Positions 9,635 through 18,551 of a DNA stretch of 64,000 nt are shown one piece after another. The DNA is from Candidatus Omnitrophota bacterium. Its GTDB lineage: Bacteria; Omnitrophota; Gorgyraeia; JABMRJ01. The stretch spans positions 2,037-66,036 of the forward strand of contig JADHWH010000002.1 of the NCBI GenBank assembly GCA_016783555.1, written 5' to 3'. Within the stretch, counting starts at the first letter, position 1, and the number at the start of each line of letters is the position of its first letter. The translations under genes and the position numbers were made by a program. A model generated the notes under the pieces. That model did no database searches and had not been told where the DNA came from. It saw nothing but the letters and a program-made list of their open reading frames with translations.

Positions 9635-10051
9635 ATGTCAGAATTATTTAGATTTGGAGTTTCATTGCCGAAGGGATTACTTAATAAGTTCGATGAACTT
9701 ATTAAGAAGAGAAGTTATTCTAACCGCTCCGAAGCGTTTCGCGACTTAATCCGCAACGAATTAATAAAGAAAGAGTGGCAAGAGGGTAAAGAGATCGCAG
9801 GAGCAATAATCCTCATTTACGATCACCATAAAAGAGAACTGGTTAACAAACTCGTGGACATTCAGCATGATTACCAGAATCTAATTGTTTCCGCTCAGCA
9901 TATTCACTTAGATCATAGTAACTGTTTAGAGATGATTGCGGTGAAAGGCAAGCCCAAAAATGCTCAAAAACTGGCTGACACGTTGAAATCAGTAAAAGGC
10001 GTAAAGCATGGAATCTTAAGTATGTCAAGTACAGGCAAAAGGCTTGCGTAA
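9635..10051 (+). CDS. nikR: nickel-responsive regulator NikR (ribbon-helix-helix + metal-binding ACT-like domain)
   Basis: RHH N-terminus (RFGVSLPKGLLNKFDELIKKRSYSNRSEAFRDLIR) and C-terminal H..H..C nickel-site residues (HHKRE, HIHLDH, NC). Confidence 0.8.
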   Translation: MSELFRFGVSLPKGLLNKFDELIKKRSYSNRSEAFRDLIRNELIKKEWQEGKEIAGAIILIYDHHKRELVNKLVDIQHDYQNLIVSAQHIHLDHSNCLEMIAVKGKPKNAQKLADTLKSVKGVKHGILSMSSTGKRLA

Positions 10052-10115
10052 GCGGTAATATTTTTTTGTTCTTTAGTAACACGAATTTAGGAAACGTAGT
10101 AACAGGGGGGTGGTA

Positions 10116-11399
10116 ATGAAAAGAGTATTGTTTTTATGTGGGTTTATGGTTCTCATTGTCTCAGCAGGCGTCTTTGCCGATGAAGGTGAGGTAACGACGA
10201 AAGATCTTATGAAAGAAATACAGTACCTTAAAAATAGAGTGAAGGAGCTTGAGGACAAGGTCGAACGGCAGGAGGTGACTTTAAAGAAGCAGGAAGAGGA
10301 GGTAAAAGAGACGAAAAGCGTGTTTATAAAGTATGAACCCGGAGAAGGCATATCTATCGAACCTACCGGCCCGTCATTAAGCGCAGGTGCTACCGTTGTT
10401 ACTCAAATGGCACTCGATCCAAATACAGCAAATGATGCATCCGGGGATAATGATGTCACCGATGCAAGTTACAGTATTGACATCGAGATAGAACAAGAGA
10501 TAGGCGAGATCGGCCTTGCGTATCTTCATCTTGAAGGCGGCGAGGGGGCCGGCCTAGATGGTGATGAGATAGCCACATTCAGCGGGGTCAACAGGGACGC
10601 CGGAGACAGCGGCAGCCACGTCGACATAACAGAGGTATGGTACGAGCATTACCTGTTCGATAAGATGCTTACCCTGCGGGGCGGAAAACTTGATCCGACT
10701 GTTGTTCTTGATACTAGCGCTATCGCAAACGACGAATGCACGCAGTTTTTATCAGCGACTTTCAGGAACTCGACTGCGCTCGAGTTCCCAGATGATAATG
10801 CCTATGGCATCTGGACAAATATCGAACTTTTTGAATGGATGGCTTTAGAGGGCGGGATCTATGATGACAACGCAGACTGGGAAGATCCCTTAAGAGATAT
10901 GTTTACTTATGCCCAGCTCAATATAAAGCCAGGACTTTTTGGCAGAGAAGGTAATTATAGAAATTACTTCTGGTACGATGATTCAAACCATACCAAGTGG
11001 GATGATCCCGGCACGACTACACAGCCCAATTTCGGATTCGGTATAAGCTGCGACCAGAAGATTCTCGACTATCTTACCTGGTTCGGCAGGTGGGGGTGGG
11101 AGGACCCCGATGTGTCGGTGGTTGAATGGGCATGGAGCACAGGACTTCAAGTTGACGGTACCCCCTGGGGCAGAGATAATGATTACTTAGGGGTAGCGAT
11201 TGGAATGGATATTGCAAGCGATGATTATGAAAACGCCGGCAATCCCGGAGATGCCGAAGGGCATGTTGAGCTATATTACAATATCCACCTAAACGACAAT
11301 GTCAGCATATCGCCGAATTACCAGCTTGTTTGGAATCCCAACGGAGAAGACAGGGATCCTATAAATATATTTGGATTAAGAAGTCAAATCGATTTTTAA
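10116..11399 (+). CDS. putative outer-membrane beta-barrel protein with N-terminal coiled coil (paralogous architecture to 4594..6006)
   Basis: Signal peptide, coiled coil (LKNRVKELEDKVERQEVTLKKQEEEVKE), acidic Asp/Gly-rich region, C-terminal strand ending ...GLRSQIDF (terminal Phe). SD GGGGGG before ATG 10116. Confidence 0.5.
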   Translation: MKRVLFLCGFMVLIVSAGVFADEGEVTTKDLMKEIQYLKNRVKELEDKVERQEVTLKKQEEEVKETKSVFIKYEPGEGISIEPTGPSLSAGATVVTQMALDPNTANDASGDNDVTDASYSIDIEIEQEIGEIGLAYLHLEGGEGAGLDGDEIATFSGVNRDAGDSGSHVDITEVWYEHYLFDKMLTLRGGKLDPTVVLDTSAIANDECTQFLSATFRNSTALEFPDDNAYGIWTNIELFEWMALEGGIYDDNADWEDPLRDMFTYAQLNIKPGLFGREGNYRNYFWYDDSNHTKWDDPGTTTQPNFGFGISCDQKILDYLTWFGRWGWEDPDVSVVEWAWSTGLQVDGTPWGRDNDYLGVAIGMDIASDDYENAGNPGDAEGHVELYYNIHLNDNVSISPNYQLVWNPNGEDRDPINIFGLRSQIDF

Positions 11400-11412
11400 A
11401 AGGAGGTGAATT

Positions 11413-12051
11413 ATGCACATTCCGGACGGTTTTTTAGCGGCGAATACATGGATACCTGCCTGGATCTTGTCTATCGGCGGTTTAGGATTTTGCATAAAGA
11501 AAGCGCAGGAGGCTTTGAAGGAGAAACTTATACCGCTGATGGGCGTTGTAGCGGCCTTTATCTTTGCCGCTCAGATGTTGAATTTTCCTGTGGCCGGCGC
11601 TACATCCGGTCATCTTTTAGGAGGGGTATTGGCGGTTGTGCTGCTGGGTCCATACGGCGGGGCCATAGTAATAGCTATAGTCCTTGTTATACAATGCCTA
11701 GTCTTTCAAGACGGAGGTGTTACAACTTTAGGGGCAAACATCTTTAATATGTCTATAATCGGATCCATGGGAGGCTATTATCTTTACAATGTGATTAGAA
11801 AAAGGATAGATGGTGACAGGGGCATATTGATAGGTACGGCTATAGCCGCATGGTTATCTGTTGTAGCAGCATCAGCCTTCTGCGCTGTTGAGTTGGCCAT
11901 ATCAGGGACATCGCCGCTACATATCGCTCTCCCGGCAATGGCTCTGGTTCATATGCTTATAGGGATAGGTGAGGCTATAATAAGCGTGCTTGTCGTCTCA
12001 TTTGTATTGAAAACGAGGTCTGACTTAATATATAATAAGGAGGAACTATGA
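11413..12051 (+). CDS. cbiM: Ni/Co ECF-type transporter substrate-capture subunit CbiM/NikM
   Basis: Canonical MHIPDGFL N-terminus and polytopic profile. Confidence 0.85.
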   Translation: MHIPDGFLAANTWIPAWILSIGGLGFCIKKAQEALKEKLIPLMGVVAAFIFAAQMLNFPVAGATSGHLLGGVLAVVLLGPYGGAIVIAIVLVIQCLVFQDGGVTTLGANIFNMSIIGSMGGYYLYNVIRKRIDGDRGILIGTAIAAWLSVVAASAFCAVELAISGTSPLHIALPAMALVHMLIGIGEAIISVLVVSFVLKTRSDLIYNKEEL

Positions 12052-12335
12052 AGCCGCAAGACATTATTATCGGTTTAGGAATAGCTTTTATTCTCGCTAT
12101 ATTTATTTCTCCGTTCGCGTCACCTTTTTTGGATGGTTTAGAGAAGGTAGCTGAACAAAAGGGGTTTCTGGAGAAAGGAGAAGAGGCGGTATTGAGCTCG
12201 CCCATTCCCGATTACATCTGGCCTGGCGTTAAAAATGAAGGAGTGGCTACAGCTATAGCTGGTGTGGCCGGGACAGTAGTTACTTTTTTTGCAGCATGGA
12301 GCCTGGCCTTGCTTTTGAGGCGCTCCCAGCCTTAA
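12048..12335 (+). CDS. PDGLE-domain membrane protein (CbiN/NikL-like accessory subunit)
   Basis: SPFLDGLEKVAEQ (PDGLE motif) flanked by two TM helices; ATGA coupling to cbiM. Confidence 0.6.
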   Translation: MKPQDIIIGLGIAFILAIFISPFASPFLDGLEKVAEQKGFLEKGEEAVLSSPIPDYIWPGVKNEGVATAIAGVAGTVVTFFAAWSLALLLRRSQP

Positions 12336-12353
12336 GACACTGAAAGAACTTTC

Positions 12354-13127
12354 ATGGAACACTTATTTATAGACCAATATAGTGGCCTCGATAGCATTAT
12401 TCACCGGTTGGATCCTAGGACAAAGATAGTAACGCTTATTATCTTTGTCATTTTTATAGTCCTGACTCCACCCACTTATTTTCTGCAGTTTTTGTTATAC
12501 TTTGTTGTTATAGGAGGCCTAATTTTACTGTCCAAGGTTCCGTTTATCTTTGTGTTTAGAAGAGTCCTGGCGGTAATGCCATTTGTTATAGTGATAGGAT
12601 TATTTATACCTTTTATTAAGGAAGGAGAGATAGCCGGTGCATATTCGCTTGGTAACATAAAATTAAACGTTACATATTCAGGCCTTATCATTTTTTGGAA
12701 CATATGTATAAAGGCATTTTTGACAGTTATGTGCCTTACGCTTCTAACATCTACAACATCATTTCCGTTTTTCCTGAAAGGGCTTGAAAAATTATGGGTT
12801 CCAGGCATTTTTATTATGGTACTTTCTTTTATGTATCGATATCTATTTGTGAGTATAGATGAATTAATGCGCATGAAACATGCGAAAGACTCAAGGACCA
12901 TCAAGCCTAAAAGACTCTTTGAAATCAAGACATTAGCGAATATGCTGGGCAGCCTTTTTATAAGAAGCTACGAACGGGGCGAAAGCGTTTATCTTGCCAT
13001 GTGCTCAAGGGGTTTTAATGGAAGTATAAAGACATTGGACAATTCCTCTTTCGGGTACAAAGATGCTATTTTCAGCGTCGGATTAACATCCATTCTTGTT
13101 TTGATACGATTGACGGGGATTCTATGA
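12354..13127 (+). CDS. cbiQ: ECF transporter transmembrane component CbiQ/NikQ
   Basis: Polytopic 257 aa between the M/N and O components; CbiQ-like topology. Confidence 0.75.
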   Translation: MEHLFIDQYSGLDSIIHRLDPRTKIVTLIIFVIFIVLTPPTYFLQFLLYFVVIGGLILLSKVPFIFVFRRVLAVMPFVIVIGLFIPFIKEGEIAGAYSLGNIKLNVTYSGLIIFWNICIKAFLTVMCLTLLTSTTSFPFFLKGLEKLWVPGIFIMVLSFMYRYLFVSIDELMRMKHAKDSRTIKPKRLFEIKTLANMLGSLFIRSYERGESVYLAMCSRGFNGSIKTLDNSSFGYKDAIFSVGLTSILVLIRLTGIL

Positions 13128-13858
13128 ATGATTTAGCGCTTGAAGTGAAGAATTTGAGTTTTACATACCCGGATGGTACACAAGCCCTAAGTGGTATAAA
13201 CTTTTCAGTAAGAGACGGAGAGCGTGTCGGTTTTATAGGCGGAAACGGGGCCGGCAAGTCAACACTCCTATTGCACTTAAATGGTACGCTGAGGAGCAAC
13301 GGTAGCGTAAAGATATTTGGCCTTGAGATAAATGACAAGAACATTCATTGCATAAGAAAGAGAGTCGGGCTCATCTTTCAAAATCCTGATGATCAACTCT
13401 TTATGCCGACTGTATTTGACGATGTCTCTTTCGGGCCTGTAAACATGAATTTAGAAAAAGACGAAATTATTAGGCGTAGCAGGGAAGCATTGAGTGTGGC
13501 CGGCATGGAGCATAACATAAAAAGATCAAGCCATCATTTGAGTTTTGGCGAAAAAAAGAGGGTCTCCTTTGCTACAGTGCTTTCGATGAAGCCGGATATT
13601 ATTTTACTGGACGAGCCTACGGCAAACCTGGACCCGGGAGGAAGGCGAGAACTCATAGATTTCTTAAAGACTATCAAGACTACCAAAATAATAGCCAGCC
13701 ATGACCTCGAGATGATATATAGACTCTGCGGTAGAACTATGCTTCTCAATAAAGGCAGAATAATAGCAGACGGCGAAACGCAAGAGATGCTCATAGATAA
13801 AGAGCTTCTCGAATCCAACGCGCTGGAAGCCCCTCTCGCTTTATATCTATCGGGATAA
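13124..13858 (+). CDS. cbiO: ECF transporter ATPase CbiO/NikO
   Basis: Walker A GGNGAGKST, ABC signature LSFGEKKRV, Walker B ILLDEP. Confidence 0.85.
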   Translation: MNDLALEVKNLSFTYPDGTQALSGINFSVRDGERVGFIGGNGAGKSTLLLHLNGTLRSNGSVKIFGLEINDKNIHCIRKRVGLIFQNPDDQLFMPTVFDDVSFGPVNMNLEKDEIIRRSREALSVAGMEHNIKRSSHHLSFGEKKRVSFATVLSMKPDIILLDEPTANLDPGGRRELIDFLKTIKTTKIIASHDLEMIYRLCGRTMLLNKGRIIADGETQEMLIDKELLESNALEAPLALYLSG

Positions 13859-14120
13859 TCAAGATTTAATCCTTGTGCTCAGATGAAATAGCACCTACCC
13901 AAAACAAAAATCTTCTAACTTGCTTGAAGTCATCCGTCTGACAAAGTCCTTGCCGCCAATAGGGTTTAATGATATCATAATACCAAAAGGCGGTAAAAAC
14001 GTGAAAACGTGAACTAAAACGTGGAGTGGGGGCCATTTCGTATATAAAACAGGCCGAATCTTGGCACCTTTTCAAAATAGGGGTCCCCAAAATGCAAAAT
14101 GACTAAAGAGGAGATAAAGA

Positions 14121-14621
14121 ATGGCTAAAGAAAATTCATCGTTCGATATTATCGCGGAAGCGAACCTTCAGGAGGTAGACAACGCTGTTAATCAGACAAA
14201 GAAGGAGCTTTCGCAGAGATTCGATTTTAAGGGAAGTAAAGCTTCGATAGAATATAACCGCAATGAAAAGAAGATAACGCTGATCGGAGATGATAATTTT
14301 AAATTGCGCGCCCTTAAAGACATTTTTGCCACTAGACTTGCCAAGAGGGGGGTTTCTATAAAACTCCTGATATTTAAAGAACCGCAGAAGGTTTTCGATG
14401 GCTGTATTCAGCAGATAGTCGATCTTGTATCAGGAATACCCCACGAGAAAGCAAAGGAGATCACCAAGATAATAAAAAAACTGGGACTCAAAGTCCAGGT
14501 CCAGATAGAGGGAGAGAAGATAAGGGTATTTTCTCCAAAAAAAGATAACCTCCAACTTGTAATAGCGCACCTGCGAAAAATAGACTTTCCAATAGCACTT
14601 ACTTTTTGTAATTATAGGTAG
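14121..14621 (+). CDS. yajQ: YajQ-family (UPF0234) nucleotide-binding protein
   Basis: Collinear with E. coli YajQ: SFDIIAE.NLQEV.NAVNQ...SQRFDFKG...KLKVQVQIEGEKIRV. Confidence 0.8.
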   Translation: MAKENSSFDIIAEANLQEVDNAVNQTKKELSQRFDFKGSKASIEYNRNEKKITLIGDDNFKLRALKDIFATRLAKRGVSIKLLIFKEPQKVFDGCIQQIVDLVSGIPHEKAKEITKIIKKLGLKVQVQIEGEKIRVFSPKKDNLQLVIAHLRKIDFPIALTFCNYR

Positions 14622-14712
14622 AAGTAAATTGAAAAATAGGGGATAGCCCGAAGGAGCCACCCTTCGACGCGCTCAGGGCATGCTTCTTGAGGTAAGACCT
14701 GGTACCTTGGGG

Positions 14713-14810
14713 CCTGTCCCCAAAACACCTGTTCCCAAAACACCCTGTTCCCAAAACACCCTGTTCCCAAAACACCCTGTTCCCAAAACACCCCAAAACA
14801 CAAAAAAACC
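14713..14810. repeat. tandem direct repeat, about 16-bp unit (TGTTCCCAAAACACCC) x about 5 with degenerate flanks
   Basis: Directly visible: ctgtccccaaaacacc / tgttcccaaaacaccc x3 / tgttcccaaaacacc / ccaaaacac. Confidence 0.85.
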
Positions 14811-14947
14811 CTAAAAACAAAGAAACCCAGTCTGCACATATGGGAAACAACATAAGCTTGTTAGAAGAAAAAAATCTAGATTTATTTGTTGTATTTTTTA
14901 TACAACAGTGGTATACTTGAAATAGGAAAAGAAAGGGGGTGCCGATA

Positions 14948-15319
14948 ATGGCAACAGGAAGGAGTTTTGGAAGCTTTTTCAAAGAGAAACGAATAGAGCT
15001 TTCTTTAACATTGCGGCAATTCTGCGAAAAATACAATTTAGATGCCGGCAATATAAGTAAAATGGAGAGAGGCATATTCCCTCCCCCAAAATCAGAAGGA
15101 CTTTTAAAAAAGTATGCCAAATTGCTTAATCTTAAAGAAGGGACAGATGATTGGTATCTTTTCTTCGATCTGGCTGCCGCTGAAACAGGAAGGTTCCCCA
15201 GGGAGCTTATGGAAAAGGACGTCTTAAAAAGAATGCCTCTTCTATTTAGGACGCTTCGAGGAAAGAAACTAACGAAAGAGAAACTTGATAAATTAATCAG
15301 GATTATCAAAGAGTCGTAG
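14948..15319 (+). CDS. XRE-family helix-turn-helix transcriptional regulator
   Basis: HTH (LTLRQFCEKYNLDAGNISKMERG); SD GGGGG before ATG 14948. Directly precedes an ImmA/IrrE peptidase gene. Confidence 0.7.
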   Translation: MATGRSFGSFFKEKRIELSLTLRQFCEKYNLDAGNISKMERGIFPPPKSEGLLKKYAKLLNLKEGTDDWYLFFDLAAAETGRFPRELMEKDVLKRMPLLFRTLRGKKLTKEKLDKLIRIIKES

Positions 15320-15925
15320 TTGAGTTTTGAGATCACAGCGCCTTATAAGAACCATAATTATATTGCTAAAGCCGCAGACCGTTTTCTTGCGAAATACCAC
15401 CCCGGAAAATCTTATCCTATCCCAATAGAGGAGATCGCAGAATTCCATTTGAAACTGGATATAATTCCTATTCCTGGTTTGCACAGAGCGTTTGATGTAG
15501 ACGGGTTCTTATCGTCAGATCGTAAAAGCATATCAATTGACGAAGGAGTTTATCAGAGCAGACCGGGACGTTATCGTTTTACTTTAGCTCATGAAATAGG
15601 GCATCTTGTTTTGCATAAAGATATATATGAACGGTATGAATTTGAGAATGTCGCGGAATGGAAAGAATTTATCAATAAGTTTCCGGAGAAGGAATATTCA
15701 TGGTTTGAATGGCAAGCATATGAATTTGCAGGTTTGGTTCTTGTGCCACCCGCTCATTTAAACAAAAGGGTTATTTACCATACGAAGGAAATCAAATCTT
15801 TAGGCATTCAAAATAAAGACGTAATAAATGACAGGGTAACAGAACTTTTAAGCGAAGATTTTGTCGTTTCGCGAGATGTAATCCAAAGAAGGCTTACCAA
15901 GGAAGCCAAAAAAAGCGAGGGATAA
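15320..15925 (+). CDS. ImmA/IrrE-family zinc metallopeptidase
   Basis: HEIGHLVLH (HExxH) with downstream E; typical partner of XRE repressors in phage and ICE modules. Confidence 0.75.
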   Translation: MSFEITAPYKNHNYIAKAADRFLAKYHPGKSYPIPIEEIAEFHLKLDIIPIPGLHRAFDVDGFLSSDRKSISIDEGVYQSRPGRYRFTLAHEIGHLVLHKDIYERYEFENVAEWKEFINKFPEKEYSWFEWQAYEFAGLVLVPPAHLNKRVIYHTKEIKSLGIQNKDVINDRVTELLSEDFVVSRDVIQRRLTKEAKKSEG

Positions 15926-16226
15926 GACATCGCGTTACCCAACAAGACTTTCCCTGACGTAAATCTCGAATACATTCTTCCTTAACCTTATCCTACATAT
16001 CTGTGATTTTGAGATTGCTTCGGCCGCCGAATGGGAAAGGGCAGACTAAAGTCTGCCCTATAAATGTATAAGGCGGCCTCGCAATGACGGGGGCATTACC
16101 TTGCCCCTCACCCTAACCCTCTCCCCAAAAAGCTTCGCTTTTTTGGGGAGAGGGAATCATGAGGGAATTACTATCTTGATATTATGGGGTAATTAGTGTA
16201 TATTATAATTTGCCTATATATGTAAA

Positions 16227-17336
16227 ATGTGGTGGGAAATGAGAAAAATCATAGTTGTTTCGTTAATGTTGTTGTTGCTAGTCGGGACGGCGCAGGCACA
16301 GGCGCAGTACTTCTGGATAAAAGGCTATAAATACTATCCCCTGTACTCGGTATGCCGTGGGAAGGATATAGATTATGACTGGGACTCATCCGGCAGGATC
16401 GCGACGCTTAAGAAGAACGGCGTCGAGGCGAAGATAAGGATAGGAAGCGATAGAATTTTAATAGACGGAAAGAAGCTCGAGGACATAGGCCCGCCTATTT
16501 ATTTTCACAAAGGCATGGTAGTAATCCCCAGCTCGTTTGCGAAGAGAGGTATCGATAGGATATTTAAGGAGAAGAGGACTGCATACCGGGCAAGGAGGGC
16601 GACTGCAAGAAAAAGCGCAGTCTCCCACAACACCATAAGGACCATAGTGCTTGATCCGGGCCACGGGGGGAAAGACCCCGGCGCTATCGGGAGGTATCAC
16701 AAACTTAGAGAGAAGGACATAAATTTGGATATCGCAAAGCGCCTAAAGAGACTGCTTTCAAATAGAGGCATGAAGGTCTATCTTACGCGTGAGAAGGATG
16801 TTTCTATGTCTCTTGAGAAGAGGGCAGCATTCGCCAAGAGAAAAGGCGCTGATTTTTTTATAAGCATACACGCAAATTCATCAAGGTCAAAGTGGCTGCG
16901 GGGTTTTGAGGTATATCATCTTTCGGAGAGGACAGATGACAATGAGCGCGCCAAAAAGGCCGCTAAGAACCAGGGTTTCGAATTAGAGAACGGCTCTATA
17001 GGCAGGTATGACAAGACAACAAATGCGATAGCATACGATTTGCAATTCACCGAAAATAGGATTGTATCGAAAGATCTCGCAAGGTGTCTACTAAAGGCTG
17101 TCAGGAAAGACGCATACGTAAGAAAGAATAGCTTAAGAAGCGCGAGGTTCCATGTCCTTAAGAACATAAAGACTGATATGCCCGCCATCTTGGTGGAGGT
17201 GGGATATCTGTCGAACAAAAAAGAAGAAGGGCTGCTTAGACTCTCTTCCTACAGAGACAAGATCGCCGAAGGATTAAAGAGGGGCATACTGGCATACAAG
17301 GGTGAGTATGAAAAGGCAGATGGGTTTACTCGTTGA
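16227..17336 (+). CDS. N-acetylmuramoyl-L-alanine amidase (AmiA/B/C type, amidase_3) with N-terminal targeting domain
   Basis: Signal peptide; amidase_3 motifs IVLDPGHGGKDPGAIG, DINLDIAKRL, SIHANS, GYLSN. Confidence 0.8.
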   Translation: MWWEMRKIIVVSLMLLLLVGTAQAQAQYFWIKGYKYYPLYSVCRGKDIDYDWDSSGRIATLKKNGVEAKIRIGSDRILIDGKKLEDIGPPIYFHKGMVVIPSSFAKRGIDRIFKEKRTAYRARRATARKSAVSHNTIRTIVLDPGHGGKDPGAIGRYHKLREKDINLDIAKRLKRLLSNRGMKVYLTREKDVSMSLEKRAAFAKRKGADFFISIHANSSRSKWLRGFEVYHLSERTDDNERAKKAAKNQGFELENGSIGRYDKTTNAIAYDLQFTENRIVSKDLARCLLKAVRKDAYVRKNSLRSARFHVLKNIKTDMPAILVEVGYLSNKKEEGLLRLSSYRDKIAEGLKRGILAYKGEYEKADGFTR

Positions 17337-18133
17337 TGGATAGAAGACCTATAGGTGTATTCGATTCCGGGCTTGGAGGGCTTACTGTAATAAGGGAGAT
17401 AAAGAAGGTCCTTCCCGGCGAAGATATAGTATATTTCGGCGATACCGCGAGGCTCCCCTACGGCAACAAATCAAAAGAGACCGTAACGCGGTTTTCGAAA
17501 GAGAACGTAAGATTCTTATTGAAATTTAAGGTTAAGCTTATAGTGGTTGCCTGCAATACCGCCTCGAGCGTGAGCCTGCCGGCGCTGGCAAGGTTATTCG
17601 ACGTCCCCGTCATAGGGGTTATACGGCCCGGCGTTGAAAGGGCGTTAGAGGTCTCGGACGGAAGCGCCGTAGGGGTAATAGGGACACGCGCTACGATATC
17701 AAGCGACGCCTATAAGAGGCTCTTAAAGAGACGTATACCGGAGGTAAAGATTATAAGTAAGCCCTGCCCGTTATTTGTGCCGCTGGTAGAGGAAGGCTGG
17801 CTTGATAATAATATTACTTTACGGATAGTAAGTGAGTATCTGGGCGATCTTAAGAAGGCAGGGGTGAAGACCTTGATCTTAGGCTGCACGCATTACCCGC
17901 TCTTAAAAAGCGCCATAAATAAATTTATGGGTAAGGGCGTCAGGCTTGTGGATTCGGCGCATGAGACCGCCAGGACGGTTAAGCGCGTTTTAAAAGAGAG
18001 CTCCCTTTTATCGGATAGAACCAAATCTCGGTCTCATAGGTATTTTGTGACTGATGAACCGGCGAATTTTAAGAAAGTCGGTGAGATGTTTTTGGGTACC
18101 AGGATAGGTTTTATAAAGAAGGTCAACATTTGA
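17333..18133 (+). CDS. murI: glutamate racemase
   Basis: GVFDSGLGGLTV, VACNTAS, GCTHYPLL motifs. Confidence 0.9.
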   Translation: MMDRRPIGVFDSGLGGLTVIREIKKVLPGEDIVYFGDTARLPYGNKSKETVTRFSKENVRFLLKFKVKLIVVACNTASSVSLPALARLFDVPVIGVIRPGVERALEVSDGSAVGVIGTRATISSDAYKRLLKRRIPEVKIISKPCPLFVPLVEEGWLDNNITLRIVSEYLGDLKKAGVKTLILGCTHYPLLKSAINKFMGKGVRLVDSAHETARTVKRVLKESSLLSDRTKSRSHRYFVTDEPANFKKVGEMFLGTRIGFIKKVNI

Positions 18134-18191
18134 TTCTGCTTCGCCGAGCTTTTGCTAGATGCAAGCTTGGCTTCGCAGAAAGAAGGTGTTT

Positions 18192-18551
18192 ATGTACGAG
18201 ATTATGGTTAAATCTGATTTCAGCTCGGCCCATAAATTGAGGAATTATCACGGCAAATGCGAAAGGCTCCACGGGCACAATTGGATCATAGAAGCAGCCG
18301 TCTCTTCAAAGACTTTAAACAGAGACGGGCTCTTAATCGATTTTAAGATACTAAAGAGCAGGTTAAACAAGATCCTGGAAGGACTCGACCATACCAATCT
18401 GAATGACGAACCGCCTTTTAAGACCAAGAACCCTACGTCGGAGAATATAGCAAAGTTTATCTTCGACATGCTCAAGAAAGACGGTATAACCCCCCAGAGG
18501 GTTTCGGTATGGGAGAGCGATTCATCCTGCGCAACATATTTCGGTAGATGA
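18192..18551 (+). CDS. queD: 6-carboxy-5,6,7,8-tetrahydropterin synthase
   Basis: CERLHGHNW zinc motif; start moved to ATG 18192 (MYEIMVKSDFSSAHKL) on length and SD (GAAGGTG). Confidence 0.85.
   Translation: MYEIMVKSDFSSAHKLRNYHGKCERLHGHNWIIEAAVSSKTLNRDGLLIDFKILKSRLNKILEGLDHTNLNDEPPFKTKNPTSENIAKFIFDMLKKDGITPQRVSVWESDSSCATYFGR

Noticed and set aside
11406-11747. 113-aa ORF in an alternative frame of cbiM
   Set aside because: Fully nested in the strongly supported CbiM ORF (MHIPDGF start); Arg/Cys-rich out-of-frame translation.
12476-12928. 150-aa minus-strand ORF inside cbiQ
   Set aside because: Antisense to a membrane-protein gene in a tightly coupled operon; AT-rich codon artefact.
14713-14810. 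Possible CRISPR array
   Set aside because: Units are contiguous with no unique spacers, and there are no cas genes; it is a simple tandem repeat.
14599-15336. 245-aa minus-strand ORF, plus the 14612..14839 ORF translating the tandem repeat
   Set aside because: Antisense to the XRE/ImmA genes and spanning the tandem repeat; its repetitive low-complexity translation is an artefact of the DNA repeat, and it has no SD.
15926-16226. Possible RNase P, SRP or 6S RNA in the 300-bp GC-rich gap
   Set aside because: None of the universally conserved motifs of these RNAs (for example the RNase P P4 sequence or the SRP domain IV GNRA/AGCA pattern) could be found; only generic hairpins. Kept as a finding of unknown function instead.
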